64,000 nt of DNA from Psilocybe cubensis. Its lineage: Eukaryota. Shown in pieces: positions 51,079-64,000 of this stretch (position 1 is the first letter of the stretch; each line of letters starts with the position of its first letter). Location: assembly GCA_017499595.2 (NCBI GenBank), contig CM039001.1:2418001-2482000 (forward strand), given 5' to 3'. The position numbers and the translations under genes were made by a program. The notes beneath the pieces are model-generated. The model saw nothing but the letters and a program-made list of their open reading frames with translations, made no database searches and was not told where the DNA came from.

Positions 51079-52042
51079 ATGGACATGCTACATTCGCAAG
51101 CGTTTTCTACTACCCCTCAAGCAGTTAAACAGGCGCAAAAGACCATCCTACAAGAGGCGAAGAGCGAAGAAAAGTATGTAAAGAATATACTCAAAGACCT
51201 TTCGCACACGGAAAAAATCGAACACAAGGCTGAGAAGGTGTGTACTACTCTTATATATTCCAGGATGGCAGCGCTGATCGAATACTTTTTTAGGAGGCAA
51301 GCAAAGCCGAGATTGCCTTGGAGTCTTCCAAGAAACAAGAACAGCAGGCCCTCAAAGACGTCTACAGGGCTGAAAATAGACGCAACGCTATAGTAGCTGA
51401 GATAGTCCAGATACGGGATGAAATCGAGGTACTTACAACAACTTGATGTTGCTTGGAAATATTTAACGCGACGCCTTTTCAAGGATCTTGCCCATGTAAA
51501 AGAAGTGAAACACGAGGTATCAATCCCTCCACTCATCTCTTTGATTTTGACGTTTATTAAAATGTAATAATACAGGTTGCAGATAAACTTGAAAGCTCCC
51601 TTGAAGAGCTTGAAAAGAAGGAACAAGCCGCTCTCAAGGACGTGTATCGGGCGGAGAATAAATACCATGTTACAATCGCCAATGTGGAGCAGGCACGTCA
51701 AGACTATGAGGTGAAGTTGATTGGAAATTAATAACTAAACTTGATATACCTGACCTTGCATTATTGTAGATTTCGTCACGAAACTACGATGCAACCAGAA
51801 CGGCATTGCACAGAAAGACTTCGTACGCCGACGATGTCCTTGCTAAACATGATGAAAATACTGTAAGTCGCCTTGTTCTTGATAGGATAGCCGAACTAAC
51901 TTCACGTGCTAGCACACACGGAATATAAAATTGAATGCTCTGCGGGGACCGTCCGCAGCCAACGAAGCAGGCAGAGTGGTTCCACAAGTATCACACCCCA
52001 GCCGTGGCAGGTTCTGAAACACCTCAATTTTCTTCGATTTAG
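51079..52042 (+). CDS. Coiled-coil protein paralog 2, with an internally duplicated exon
   Basis: TPQAVKQAQKTILQEAKSEEKYVKNILKDLSHTEKIEHKAEK|...LKDVYRAEN (twice)...HDENT|HTRNIKLNALRGPSAANEAGRVVP, homologous to 21146-21850. Confidence 0.75.
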
Positions 52043-52468
52043 CAGGGCTATTTAGAGCGCTTTAATTTCAATGTACTCAAGGACTAGTTTGATATTTGCC
52101 TATTCATCTACATAGTACACATACCATCAATTGGGATACCATACCTTTATTAACTGCGCGTCTCAGACAAGTCTATTTTTAGACTCGCGTCAAAGACATT
52201 GGGCCAAGCCTCGGAGGCTTCAGTCGCACGCGGGCTGTCCACGCCACAATAAGGACAGTCAAACAGCATCAGCTGAGACACGTTCAAAGCTGTAAGCAGG
52301 ATTATGAGTGAAAAAGTTGTGTGCGTTTTGTCAGGCTAGATTAGGATACGTGCGTGCAGATCAGGCCTTGACAATATTAAGGAGAGTTGCGAGCGCGAAT
52401 CAGCACCCTTTGATTTTAAACTACGTTGGTTCTACTACTCTTTTCTCTTACACATTAAATTCAACGTT

Positions 52469-53202
52469 ATGGAAGAAACAAGGTCGCCCTCTATGCCAGT
52501 TCCTTCCACTGTTAGTAATATTGGATCGCCCATGTCCGCCAGCCCTCCAAACGGTACTCCAGCTTCTCCTAAAACCGTCAAGAAGATAGAGAAGGAACTA
52601 AAAGAGGACGCAAAGTATGAGGAGAAGGAGCTGAAGAGCGTCACAAAAGATATGGATAGGACGAAGAAGGCCGAAAGGAAAGCGCACAAGGTCTGTTTGT
52701 CGGTTACTATATATGAGAGTCATTTGGGACATATAAACTGAATGGGGCTTGTATAGACCGTAGAGAAGTTGGAGCATACGGTTGAAAAGATGGCTGAGAG
52801 AGAGAAGGAAACTATGGCAGCCGTGTATAAAGCTGAGCACAAGCACGAGATTGCAGTTGCGGATCTGAACAAGGCCAAGAAAGATCTTCAAGTCAGTCTT
52901 TCAGCGATTGGCAGTCATCGTGAACCTCACTGATTTGGGACCATTATTTGATTAAAATTTCAGAATGCGATAGAAGAGCGTGAGAGGCTACAAGAGGCTT
53001 TGGGAGTCAAGTCGTCGCGCTTTGAGCAAACTGTGAAAACTAACCAGGAACACACGGTAAGCACTTCTCATTCTTCGATTTGGGTCCCAATGTTTTAGTT
53101 AATGAACTGTATTTTTAGCAAGATCGACTTAGCAAGATGAATAGTCTTCGAGGGTCGTCGATCTCATCTGACATGGCAGCCAATATTACTGCTCGGAATT
53201 AA
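52469..53202 (+). CDS. Coiled-coil protein paralog 3 (4 exons)
   Basis: SPKTVKKIEKELKEDAKYEEKELKSVTKDMDRTKKAERKAHK|...AAVYKAEHKHEIA...|...NQEHT|QDRLSKMNSLRGSS, with the same intron positions as paralog 1. Confidence 0.8.
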
Positions 53203-53947
53203 AGGAAGATAGCTAGGCGCTATGAACTTGAAGGTCTTTATCAATCTTAGCCAATTGCTGTTGCAATTCAGTGAGGAATAATAAATATTGTAGCAGTGAT
53301 AAGATGATGTAGCGTGGCCTCTGATCCAATCTAAAATGTGCATCAAAGTACATCAATAGCGTAGTTGGGGGCGATCCTGCGCTTAGCGCTGGTTTAGACT
53401 TGAGCCACTCATCAGGAGTGATCGAGCGCTCGAAAGAATTCCATGACGTCACAGTCGCGAAACCCCGCAATGTAATTTGGGGCACCTGATCGTGTTGAGA
53501 GCGACGCACATAAAGAAATTAGTTCAATCGCGTCCTGGTCTGTACATATTCTCGGGGCGACTAAACGTTTACCAGAATAGCTCATCGTATGTTCATTCCT
53601 GGGTCAGCAAGCCACTTTGATGTAAAGGGCATGATGGTTGCTACTGACCACATATGTCAATAGTAAATACTGCCTTGAGTCCCCGGTAGTCTGACATGGC
53701 TTCCAATGTGCAACCTGCCAATGAGATCAGAAAATTGAGAGAAACGCGTGGTCATGCTGTCGCTTTGGTTGCAACATCATAAAAACAAAAACCAGGGATG
53801 CAGATCACTTCAGAGAAGGTTCCGAGTGCATGCGTATATCCGCATTCCAACCAAACGCGCCGTTCACCTATGTGATATGTTGAGCGTGTTCCTAGAAATC
53901 TAGTTATTGCTGCTGGTGTACATTGTATTTACCTGTCTAAGTTCATT

Positions 53948-54818
53948 CTACATAGCACTCTTGATAACGACTCCACCGCTGGCGACTTCTGCATCCCGAC
54001 TAGGGCTCGGTGAGACACGTCCTTGCAGGAGGGCTGTGCCTGAAACTTTAGTAGATTCTTTGACTTCTTTGATGAATTTGCTGAAGGCTTTAAACTTGGG
54101 CGATGAAGCATCGCGCATGAGCTGGAAAGCAATGCTTTCACTGGTGCCTATTTTGGCACCTTCTGTGCGCATGCGGTCGAGTGCTATGGGAACCTCGAAA
54201 GAGTTGCAAGACGATACGCCATCGGCGACGATGTATACGGTATATTTTCCAAGGGAGAGAAGAGACAGGACCGTCTGGAGAACACAAACGTGGGACTAAA
54301 GAGAGACTGCAGATCAGATAAGACATGAATGTTGATATGGAAGGACGCACTTCGATGCCGAAGATGACGATAGATGAGACCTGACGCGACGCTAAGATGT
54401 CCTGAACCTCTGGGACGACCATAGAAAAGAGAGTCTTGTCAAAGGTGCCGAGCAAAAGAGGCCCGAGAGACTGGAGGTCGATGGCGGGATCTGTAGGACC
54501 GAGCGCTTTGGGACGGCTCAGCTGATCCCTAACCGCGACTCAAAGTGAGGTACCTTTGGCGTTCTGGGTAGTACATATGACGGGAATTTCGAGCAACTGG
54601 TGAGGTAATTAGGTTGCCGTGGGGGAATAAGTATAGCTGGTTGCACGCACTGTTGCAAGGGTGATCATCTTGCCTGCGGTGGCGACAACATGCTGATAGC
54701 CATGTATAGCTGGCTCTATGATGGAGAGTCAGATAGATATGAGCAGAAAGACGGATAACTGACTGAATTTGGTCTGGACATCGCAGAGGAAGAAGAGGGT
54801 AGACTCTGGTAGGAGCAT
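53948..54818 (-). CDS. Isochorismatase-family hydrolase (ISOC1/2-like), multi-exon
   Basis: MLLPESTLFFLCDVQTKF|KPAIHGY..VVATAGKM|LEIPVICTTQNAK|ALGPT...DKTLFSMV...VIFGIE|SHVCVLQT...ADGVSSCN...SESIAFQLMRDA. Confidence 0.9.
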
Positions 54819-55020
54819 GGCTGGGAAAGAGAAGCTTGTGAGCGGAGTCTGAAGCAGGGTTGTGATTTGAGTGTGGGAGTTCTGGTTCGAGTTTCTCTGT
54901 TGCTGCCATCACCCTGTCTGGCTGCACGACCAACCGTCCGCTCTCTCAAGCCCTCAAGGCACTTCCTCTCCTTTTCCCCAACTCCCAATCCTGGGTATCC
55001 TCTCTTTTTCTCAGAAAACA

Positions 55021-58000
55021 ATGGACTTTGCTGTCCCGGACGATGCTGCTGCAAGGAACAGGGTAACATCGCTTTTACCCTCCAGTCTTCTCTACTCATC
55101 TTTTCTCTAGTTTGAGACCTTCAAACTGGGCAAGGGTCTTCCGTCTGCAAAACATGGCCATTCTCGCTCCCATTCACGCAACATTTCTTTTTCTTTTCCC
55201 AAATCTGCCTCTGTAAACGACATTTCTGCTTTTTCTTTCCCAGCTGCTCCTTCACCGACTCTGCCTTCGTCCCCGAGCCACAGCGCTCTCACAAACACTG
55301 TGCCCAATCCGATCCCACCAGCCAAGCGCAACTCTCACCACAGGCGCCGCTCTTCCGTCTCTACTCGTCATGAGTCGGCAGAGATGATGGGCGTCGCCCT
55401 TCCTGACCTTCCTGTTTCAACTTCGGACGACAACATCAACCTCGGCGAAAAGGACTCCATTCGTCGCCGTGCTCTCTGGGCTTTGGAGGGAAAGCCAGAT
55501 GTTGCTTTCAACAAGGTTGAGATTCCCGATATCTCTACGCCTGACATCGAGAAAATGATGTTTGACTTTTGTACGTCTTATTCGAGTTCTTCGTTGTGCA
55601 TCTCTTACGTATTTTTATTCTGCCAGCAACCAAGTCCTCTTCCTATGGAAATGCCAGCAAGCGTGATTCCTTCAAGCTATTGGGTCCTTCTTCTTCGGCC
55701 AAGGACCAGCTTGGAACACTGTTGGAGGAGGAAGAAGAGGAAGAGGAAGTGAACCCGTTGCCATCGCCTGCGCCCTCTGTCCAGGAAGAGTTGCCACCCC
55801 CCAATACACCCATCACGCCCTTGACTCCTTCTCTTTCGATAACAAAGCCTACTCCCGCAAAACCCCGTCCGTCCAACCTTAATCTGCGTCCTTTGTCTCT
55901 CACTCCGGACAGTGTCGTTGCGTCTTTGCCGTCTCCATCGCCTACACCTAGCCCCCGTCAAGGACTTCGCACCTTAGCTCTGACCCCAAGCTCTTCCACA
56001 GATGACAATGCGGCTGATGTCAAGCAGTCCAGGCGTAACTCTCTTGTTGTTTCTCCAACCCCAAGTTCAAAACGACCGGTTTTGAATCTTTCTCTAGAGA
56101 ACATGGATAAGTCCCTGGCGACAACTGAGGAAGAACCAAAACCCTCACGGCGAAGCAGCATCTCGTACAAGAAGTCTCACAACAGCGTGACCATGAACAT
56201 CGCTGGACTTCCCACACCGGAGATGACTCCCACCTTTGGCCGGCGATACTCCACCACCGAGTCGCTGAGCAGTGTCAGCAACGACGACGAGGTTTTTCCC
56301 AACCCCCCGACACAAACGAGGCCTCTCAGCGCGAGTGAGCAACATTTTCTCTTCAAATCCCATAATGCGCTTCTTGCGCGGATAACGGATCTGGAACGCG
56401 CACTTTCAATGAGAAGGAGGGAGTCGGGCGGGTATTCTAATGGAGGTAGTTCGAGACCGGCGTCCGTCGCTTCGAACTTCTCTTCCTCGAGTGCGGGCAC
56501 AAGCGGTGTTAACGGCAGCCAGGCGGGCGAGCCGAGCGATGAGATGCTCAATCTCATTGCCGACCTCAAGTCTGAGCGCGATGAGCTGAAACGTGATGTT
56601 GATGGTTGGCGGACGAGGGTGGGTGATATGGAGAACCAGATGTCGGTATTGACAAAGCGGATAGAGCATGAGCGACGTGATGCTTGGGTTGCTCGGTCCC
56701 GTGTCGGCTTGCTGGAAGTGGAGAAGGGCGTGTTGGCAAAGAAGGTAGAGGCTCTCGATGAGCTGTTGGCCATCCACGACAAGGAAAAGGGTGATTTGGA
56801 AAACCAGGTTGGATCACTGCTCAAAGAAAATTCGGATTCGAAGCAACGGATTACGGAACTTGAGGCACAGGTTGAGTCGTTGCGGCTGGAGCTTGCCAAC
56901 GAGAGGTCAAAGAACGTGAAGGAGTCAGACCCGTTAGTGACGCCCACGCCACGTTCCTTTGACAGCTTCAAGAGACCTGGCATGGGATTGCCCAACAAAA
57001 AGCATGGCCTCGGTTTCGCATCGGTAGATTCTGAAAGTTCAGTTACGGATGTCGAACAAGATTCGTCCGACGATTGTATACCCGTATCTAAATTCCCCCT
57101 CAAATCAGTTCAGGAAGAGTCTGATGAGGTTGACGAAGACGGTGTTGCTGGGTATGATGATGAAGATGACGAGGATAATGGTCTTGCTGGATACGAGGAC
57201 GAGGAAGATACCGATATGAGCCTTCAGTCCTCTTCATCCTTTGATTCTGAGGAAGATTTGCCGCGTTCCATCGCTCATCTTCACAATTCCGGTCTACCTT
57301 CATCCCCTACCACTCCACGGCCACAAGTCTTCACCCCACCTCGTTCGAACCACGCAAGGAGAGCAACGTTGTCCAAAACATGGACCTTCCCGTTTGGATG
57401 TCAACCACAGACTCCCCCGAAGGTAGAAGAGGACGAAACTGTCGACCGATTCTTTGGATGTTTGGATGACGGCGAAAGCGATACAACAGGATCTGTTCCC
57501 AGTAGTCCTTCGGCATACTCGTACGAGAAGAGCAAAGGCTTATTTGCAAGTGGCTTCAAATTTGCATCAGCAGATGATAACGCTTCTTTCTTCCTCCCTG
57601 ATGGTGTTGGTACACTCGCCGATTCTCAAGACGGTTCTGACAAAGAGGACAAGGCTCTGTCTGTTGTTGCTGAGGAAGATGAAGAGGAGACCACATCAGA
57701 GACTGAGGCAACCGGCATGGACAGCATTGATGGTGAAGATTTATTCGGCGAGGAGATCGGTGGCATTCGTATCACTTTTACCCCTCCTCAGGAAGAACCA
57801 GTGGTAGAAGAGAGGAAACAGATTCAGCTAGTCTCTCCTATTAAACGAACTTCTCCTCCCCCTATTCTTCCTGCTTTGAACTTTGGCATCGAAGAAGATG
57901 ACGAAGATGAAGAGGAACAGGATGATATACGTCGCGTTATCCCCTTCAACTTTGGACGGCCATCGAGGGAAGAGCGGCAGGCATCGCCGCCGCCTCCTGT

Positions 58001-59076
58001 CACTGTCTCTGCACCAGTCATCTCAGCTCCTTTGCCCCCTTTGGCCCGTTCCGCCTCTCCTTCCATGATTCCTCGTCCCGCATCTCCTTCCTCCTCTTCA
58101 TCACTACCAAGGCTTGTCACATCCAGACCTGTCGTTGCCACCTCTGTGCCTTCTTCTGTCCCGGAATCTACTCCTCTCAAGGCGTCGCCTTCAAGAGTGG
58201 TGTCTGCTTCTTCCACTTCGTATGTTACTCCGCCGAACAAACGAGGTGGTGTTACGCCTTCATTTATTCCTCAGCCGGTTTCTTCCCCGTCTCCTTTGCG
58301 AACTACCTCGGCATCGGGTCCGTCGACGGTGACAAAGTCTCGGGCCGTGCCAACTTCAACATTCATTCGCCAGCCCACGAAGAAACCGTTGCTTCCAACG
58401 CCTAGCTCCTGCAAATCACCAAATAACAATACTGGCAATTCAAATGGTTCGACAATGATTCCCCAAATTCCCAGTATTCGTAGGTCTTTTACTAATTAAC
58501 TCTCTTTCCCCCATGTTCTTCACAGCAGTGAATACTGGCATTTTTCGCAGATCATCCAATGAGCCCGCTGCGCTCCCAGCGACAGATTTCTTTGATGTCA
58601 GCAATAACAATAACCACTCCTCAGCGCAAATGAAGAGTGTTGATCTGTCTCATGAATCTACTTTCACATCCCCTTCTCCTCGTCCATCGGCGACGGCCAC
58701 AACAACAACTACTCGCATCCCCAGGTCATCCATCTCGTCGTCGTCCAATGCATCATCTTCGATCTCTTCAATCGTTTCTTCACCACTTTCTGCACGACTT
58801 TCGTTCCAAACTATTACCAATTTTATGCCGTTGTCATGGACGTCCACGTTGACATCTGCAAGCGCCAACCCTCCTGCACCATTGAGTGATGTTGATGATG
58901 ATGTCACTATTGTTCCTGCTGCTCCTGCTGTACGTCGCAGAAGTGGGAAATTTGTTTCCAGAGAGCTACAGTTACGCAAGTTGCAGACTCGCATGGATGT
59001 TGAAGGTGTATTGGCAATGCGAATGGCAGTCCAGTTCCAGTGCAAAAAATGTGATGGAAACGCTGTTTTTATCTGA
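55021..59076 (+). CDS. Large uncharacterised Ser/Pro-rich protein with a central coiled coil (multi-exon)
   Basis: 976-aa ORF plus flanking exons joined by GT-AG introns. Conserved-looking blocks: HHRRRSSVSTRHESAEMMG, RRRALWALEGK, LIADLKSERDELKRDVDGWRTRV, C-terminal CKKCDG. Confidence 0.75.
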
Positions 59077-59989
59077 GGTCTGCCCTTTATTCTTCCTAAT
59101 TCGTTGCCCTTCTCACTCATGAACAAACACATCAGATCGCGAAGGATAAGGAAGCACGACACACAGACTCGGTGCACACGAGTATATATTATGCGCAAAC
59201 TCAAAAACATGTTTTGGACACTTTCTCATCAGTCATCCTGTTTGCCACTCTGTCGTCATACTTCTCTTTGGACTCGATTGATTTGTACATACCCTCATTT
59301 GTTATGACTCTTTCCTCCTCTCATTCATATCATTACCGCTTGGCTGTCTGCTCGTAAGTCAACCAAGTATCATGCACTCCACATCCCTCCTATGCCCCTT
59401 CCTATGCCCTCTTACCTAGTATCAGTTTTTCCACACCTTTACACCTTCCTACTCGTTGGTGTCGTTTACGACCTTTTGTTCTTACACTTGGCGTCTTGCA
59501 GCTTGCTCATCCTCGCCTCATTGGTTCACGTTGATTCTTTCTCATATCATTGCATGTCTACGCTCTACCACGTTTTCTGTGCATTGTCTTGTGTAAATGT
59601 CTTTTGTTTTCTCTTGTTTATTCCCTTCACATTTCATATCTCTTCGCATTCAGTTTTTCTGTGGCTTGATGTTACAGTTGCAGGCCGGGGAATATATTTT
59701 CCTAGTTGTATTAGTAGCTACGACAACTTGTCACTTTGTTCTGCCTTTTTTCTTCTTCATTTTTTATTATTCACTTGAATAAATATTCACGATGTACCAT
59801 CAATCTATGGTCTATGGTATAGATGTTCTGGCCACAACTTTTGGACTCGTCTAGACAGTGGAGGTAACAGTGACGGCGCTCCGGAATAACCCGTTGGATA
59901 TCGTGGGAATGTTTACGGTGGCAACTCGATGCTTTCGTTCCAGAGCGCCTCTGAAACAATTCTGATTTGTCCCTCAACGTTCAACAACC

Positions 59990-60580
59990 ATGCCTTCTCC
60001 TACGCCTAACCTGCGCAGATCTCTTATGAAAAACTGGTTTGCCGTTGAGGTGCGTCTTGTTGGAATCACTATGCTTTGAAATGTCGAGTGTTGAATTTCC
60101 CTCTTTCATCCGGTTCTTCTTGCAGGCCATCCCGATGTGAGCATTGTGTTTCTACGTATCCAGTACCCCGTACCATTGCGGAGACGACGGGAAAGGATAG
60201 CTTGATTGACATTGGGCGTTTTCTAGCTATGTTATCATCGGGGGAGTCTTAGTCGGAGCCTCTTGGTATGTGGCCCGTCTGGCTACTGGTCCTACCAGTG
60301 CGTATTGTTTGTTTTTGCTCCTCGGAATGCGTTCGTTCATCTAGCGTTCGTAGTCATCTGGACCAAGAACAACCCTACCCCCTGGAACACCATCAAACCG
60401 GATGAGGGCACCAAGCTGATGTCTGTTAACCAGAAGTTCGAGAAGAGGTGTGTAGTTCAACTTTGGTTCTTCGCTTTTACCCCTCTCCATCAATTTTCTC
60501 TACGCCTTGCTATAAGTTCAACGTCTGATACATTGTTGTTTGTTTTGTTACGTTCTAGCTGGAGCCGCGACAAGCTTTAA
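59990..60580 (+). CDS. NDUFA4/MLRQ (B12D)-like cytochrome c oxidase-associated small subunit, 5 exons
   Basis: MPSPTPNLRRSLMKNWFAVE|AIPI|YVIIGGVLVGASWYVARLATGPT|VIWTKNNPTPWNTIKPDEGTKLMSVNQKFEK|SWSRDKL*. Confidence 0.8.
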
Positions 60581-60937
60581 AGCACCTACATTTCTCTTTT
60601 GTGTTTTCTTGTTAGCTGTATCATTCAGAGCGAGAAAAAAATATCCTAGAATGTCATTCCTTTTCATCACTTTGGACCTACATCATCACCCGGATTTCGG
60701 ATAACATGTCCAAGACGAACACAGAAGGGTGTGATAAACATAGGATCTGTGACAGGTTAGGGCTTGTGACCTTACCAGGACATTTCCAATTTCAACAGCG
60801 CACGTTTCGCCCGAATGATGGCGCGATATCGTCAATCTTGCTTTCTTCCGGTCCGCTCTTTTGTTACGCGAACTAAACAAGACATCGCTGGCTAGATTAT
60901 TCTCTTATCGTGCTCACATCTTGTTTGCTTTATCACG

Positions 60938-62304
60938 ATGGCTACATTCAGGACTTTTGATGGCTTGCCAGAGGACGGAGAAGAGGACTGGCCTATTGCT
61001 GGACCGCTCATTGTGAGTACAGTATCGGAAAGGTTGTGAAGGCAGCTACAGTGACCTAACGGTCAAAAAGCCTTCTTTAGGTGGTTCGATGGATTTGCCC
61101 GCTATCGTCTATGGGGCAGGCACATTTTCAAATCAATATAATCCAGACGATCATCTTTCTGGTGCTTTGCCCTTGCGTTCTGTCAGACTTGCGCTTCGGT
61201 AACTTCAGTTATCCCAACAGTAATGTTGATTTTATGTCTCATTATGTCCTCCCTTTAGATATGGCATAAGGGCTTTTGACACCTCGGCATATTATGGCCC
61301 TTCGGAAATCGTTTTGGGTGATGCACTGCACGCCCTCCGAGAAGAATTTCCTAGATCATCTTATAAATTGGTATGTGCCCTTCAAGTCAAGGTACGCATT
61401 TCTAACATTATTTGCTAGATGACCAAATGTGGTCGTTACGGTGTCCAGACTTTCGACTATTCACCTGCTACGATCCGCAAAAGTGTTTTACGCAGTTTAG
61501 AAAGACTGAAAACGGATTATCTCGACACGGTTTACTTGCACGATGTCGAATTTGTCTGCACCCCTATTGCGCCTCGCATTACGGGCAACCACACCGTCGC
61601 ATTGCGAGAAGAGGCTGCGGCGTATGGGTTAGCCAAAGGAGACGAGGCTAAGGTACAAGGAGAAGGAGACCAAAAAATTCTGGATGCGTTCCATGAGCTA
61701 CAATTAATGAAGAAGGAAGGGTTGATCAAGAACATAGGCATGACGGGTACAGTCGTTGCACTAAGTCAAGAGTTAAACTAGTGCGCTTATCATCTTCTCA
61801 GGCTTTCCTCTCCCAACACTGCTGAGACTGTCAATTTTGATCCTACACACGGCGCCATTTGAACCTTTGGACGTGTTGCTATCATACTCGCATTTGTGCT
61901 TACAAAATGCGAGCTTTTTAGAGTTCATTCCACACTTCTACGAACGCGCGAAGGTTGGACAGCTTCTAGCAGCATCGCCTTTGAGCATGGGTCTTCTTAC
62001 ACCTTCACCGCCTTCGTGGCATCCTGCCCCTCCAAAATTACGGGAAGCCGTGATTAACTCTGGAAAAACATGGCAGGGAGACTATGTCAACTTGGCGGTT
62101 GGCTTCTCTATTCGCCAAACTGGATCTGCAGAAAAACCGTTACCGTTGGTAATCGGATTTAGTTCTCCTCGTGAGGTTCACGAAGCCGTGAAGGTATGGA
62201 GAGAAATTCAAGATGGAGCCGAAGAAAGAATACAAGGAGAAAATAGAGCACGCAATGTGTATAATGAATTGGGATATTTGGATTGGTCGTGGGCCTCTCC
62301 GTAA
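60938..62304 (+). CDS. Aldo-keto reductase (D-arabinose/L-galactose dehydrogenase-like)
   Basis: PAIVYGAG, ALRYGIRAFDTSAYYGPSE, TKCGRYG...FDYSP, SLERLKTDYLDTVYLHDVEF, IG.TGFPL, LSYSH, ASPLSMGLLT. Confidence 0.9.
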
Positions 62305-62439
62305 ATTAAATAGTAAATATCTACAGACGTCATGGTCGATAGTATTGTGAGAAATCGTGACCAATTGCAAATTATAACATCCGTAATCTCTCTAGAGCTC
62401 TTAACGCGTTGATCTTGGACTACAACTTGCTTCCTTACA

Positions 62440-64000
62440 ATGGGTGTAGACGGACTCATATTCCTGGACAACAACGGGTTAGTTTCTTGCATTATAAAAA
62501 TCTACCTTTCAACTTGAACGTATCTACCTACAGACGGCCTATCATTCAGTCGGGATTTCGTTCGACCACTCCAGCTTACCCCCTCCTCCACATTGATGCA
62601 GTGAATAACGCGATTTCAAAGGCTCCTCGACCCGAAGACGTTGATCCAGTTGTCCACGTATCTGCGTACAACATTGATGACTCTCCCGGTGCTTGTTGCC
62701 ATGTCCAGTGCGCGGACATGAGAATCCTCTGTCCCATTAGCGGAAATGGTACGTTATGCGCCTCTCTGACACCCAGCCAGATGTGAATTGAACGAAAAGT
62801 GGATCCACTATTTGGGTTTGCCTTTATCCAGACATTTATTGACATATTGCACGAATATTTTGGCTCCATTTCTTCTCTGATACTCAGGGAAAACTTTGAT
62901 GTCGTATATCAAGTATGTCATCTCTACATCGAGCTCAATGGCGTGTCTGAACGGTCGGTTTAGCTCTTGGAAGAAACTCTTGACTCCGGAGGTCATCCTC
63001 TGACAACCTCTTCTAATGCCCTTCGCGATATCGTCCTTCCGCCGTCCTTATTAAACAAACTTCTTAGTGTTGCTGGCGCGAATATAAACACGACGATTAA
63101 CTCTGGCTCTGGCCTCGGTGCTGCTGGTGGTGCATTTTCGTCACCCATACCATGGCGTAAAGCTGGCCTGAGATACGCCTCTAACGAGATATACTTTGAT
63201 ATGGTTGAAAAGTTAAAAGCTGTCGTTAATCGGTGAGTGCGTTTGATCTTTGCATCTGCTCCTTCCTTAAGCAAGAGGTTGCCTCAGGAACGGTGTCTCT
63301 CTCGCTAGTACCGTCGTAGGCAAGATAGAAACAAATTCTAGACTATCTGGTCAGTGCGTTCCTGCTGCTATAGGTGTTATCTAACAATTAATTATCGTCC
63401 GTATTTTTAGGAACACCTGATTGTCTCCTATCGTTTACAAACCCTCAAGTCCTTGCCGATTGTGCATTCCATCCATGTATTCGGTACGTTTAGTAGTATA
63501 ACACTTATCTGAGTTATTCGATAAACTCATAGTCGATACAGCCTTAACAGATGGTCCAGGGATAAAACATTTTCGTTTGTTCCTCCGGATGGGAAGTTCA
63601 TACTTGCAGAATACCGATACTCACCAAATCCCTCCACATCAGCTACTGGGTCATCAGCTCCTCCTACCGTCAGGGATAACGTTCCTATACCATTCGTACT
63701 GAAACCTAACTTTGATATCGAGGACCAAACCGGTACGTGCAGTTGTCGATCTTGACTTGGTAGGTTTGTGGGCTAACGGAGGGGAAATGCAGTTTCTTTT
63801 GACGTAACGTTGACCTCCCGGTTAAATGGGCGGTCTTTAGAAAATCTTGTTATCGAATTGAATTTAGGAGAAGGAGCTTCGGGTATTAAATGCGTAGCTG
63901 GTCGGGGAACGGGTGGCCTGGGTCGTGGAGGTATCGGGGCAATGGACGTCGTTGGTGGAAGTAGTGGAGCATCGTGGGCGTTTGATTCTCGAAAGAAGGT
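62440..64000 (+). CDS. APM3: AP-3 adaptor complex mu subunit, 3'-truncated by the window edge
   Basis: MGVDGLIFLDNNG|RPIIQSGFR, DPLFGFAFIQTFIDILHEYFG, RENFDVVYQ|LLEETLDSGG, IPWRKAGLRYASNEIYFDMVE, DCAFHPCIR, FSFVPPDGKF. Confidence 0.88.

Noticed and set aside
53443-53450. Third TGACGTCA site
   Set aside because: Lies between convergent gene ends with no gene start nearby that I can support; may be chance.
56177-57103. 308-aa antisense ORF (and similar antisense ORFs such as 47601-48515)
   Set aside because: Shadow frames of the long sense ORFs, with no independent protein-like motifs.
59392-59778. Hydrophobic 128-aa ORF
   Set aside because: T-rich sequence downstream of a stop codon produces spurious Phe/Leu-rich frames; probably 3' UTR or intergenic.

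Overview
Intron-rich fungal genomic DNA, most likely from an agaricomycete basidiomycete (GT-AG introns of about 50-60 nt, many micro-exons). The flanks are compact housekeeping regions. Positions 1-22 kb hold a GH3 beta-xylosidase, ATP7, a GH35 beta-galactosidase, a hexokinase, an SOD-fold mitoribosomal protein, OST2/DAD1, ATG44/mitofissin, GPC1, TAD1 and an MscS-EF-hand channel. Positions 51-64 kb hold coiled-coil paralogs, an isochorismatase, a large uncharacterised protein, an NDUFA4-like gene, an aldo-keto reductase and AP-3 mu. Between them lies a roughly 28.8-kb putative giant CACTA/CMC-type DNA transposon (22079-50916). It has CACTGTGGGA...TCCCACAGTG termini, an AGGC direct repeat on both flanks and inverted subterminal repeats, and it splits a tandem three-gene family. 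Besides its Transposase_21-type transposase it carries chromatin/transcription-type cargo: a TET/JBP-like 2OG-Fe(II) dioxygenase, an Spt5-like NGN-KOW gene and an RTC4-like-domain gene. It also carries two copies of a hairpin-containing promoter-like module and a co-oriented chain of intron-containing host-gene fragments (carboxypeptidase, PP2A catalytic subunit, BCAS3-like and others). All family assignments are by motif recognition by eye, and exon boundaries are approximate.
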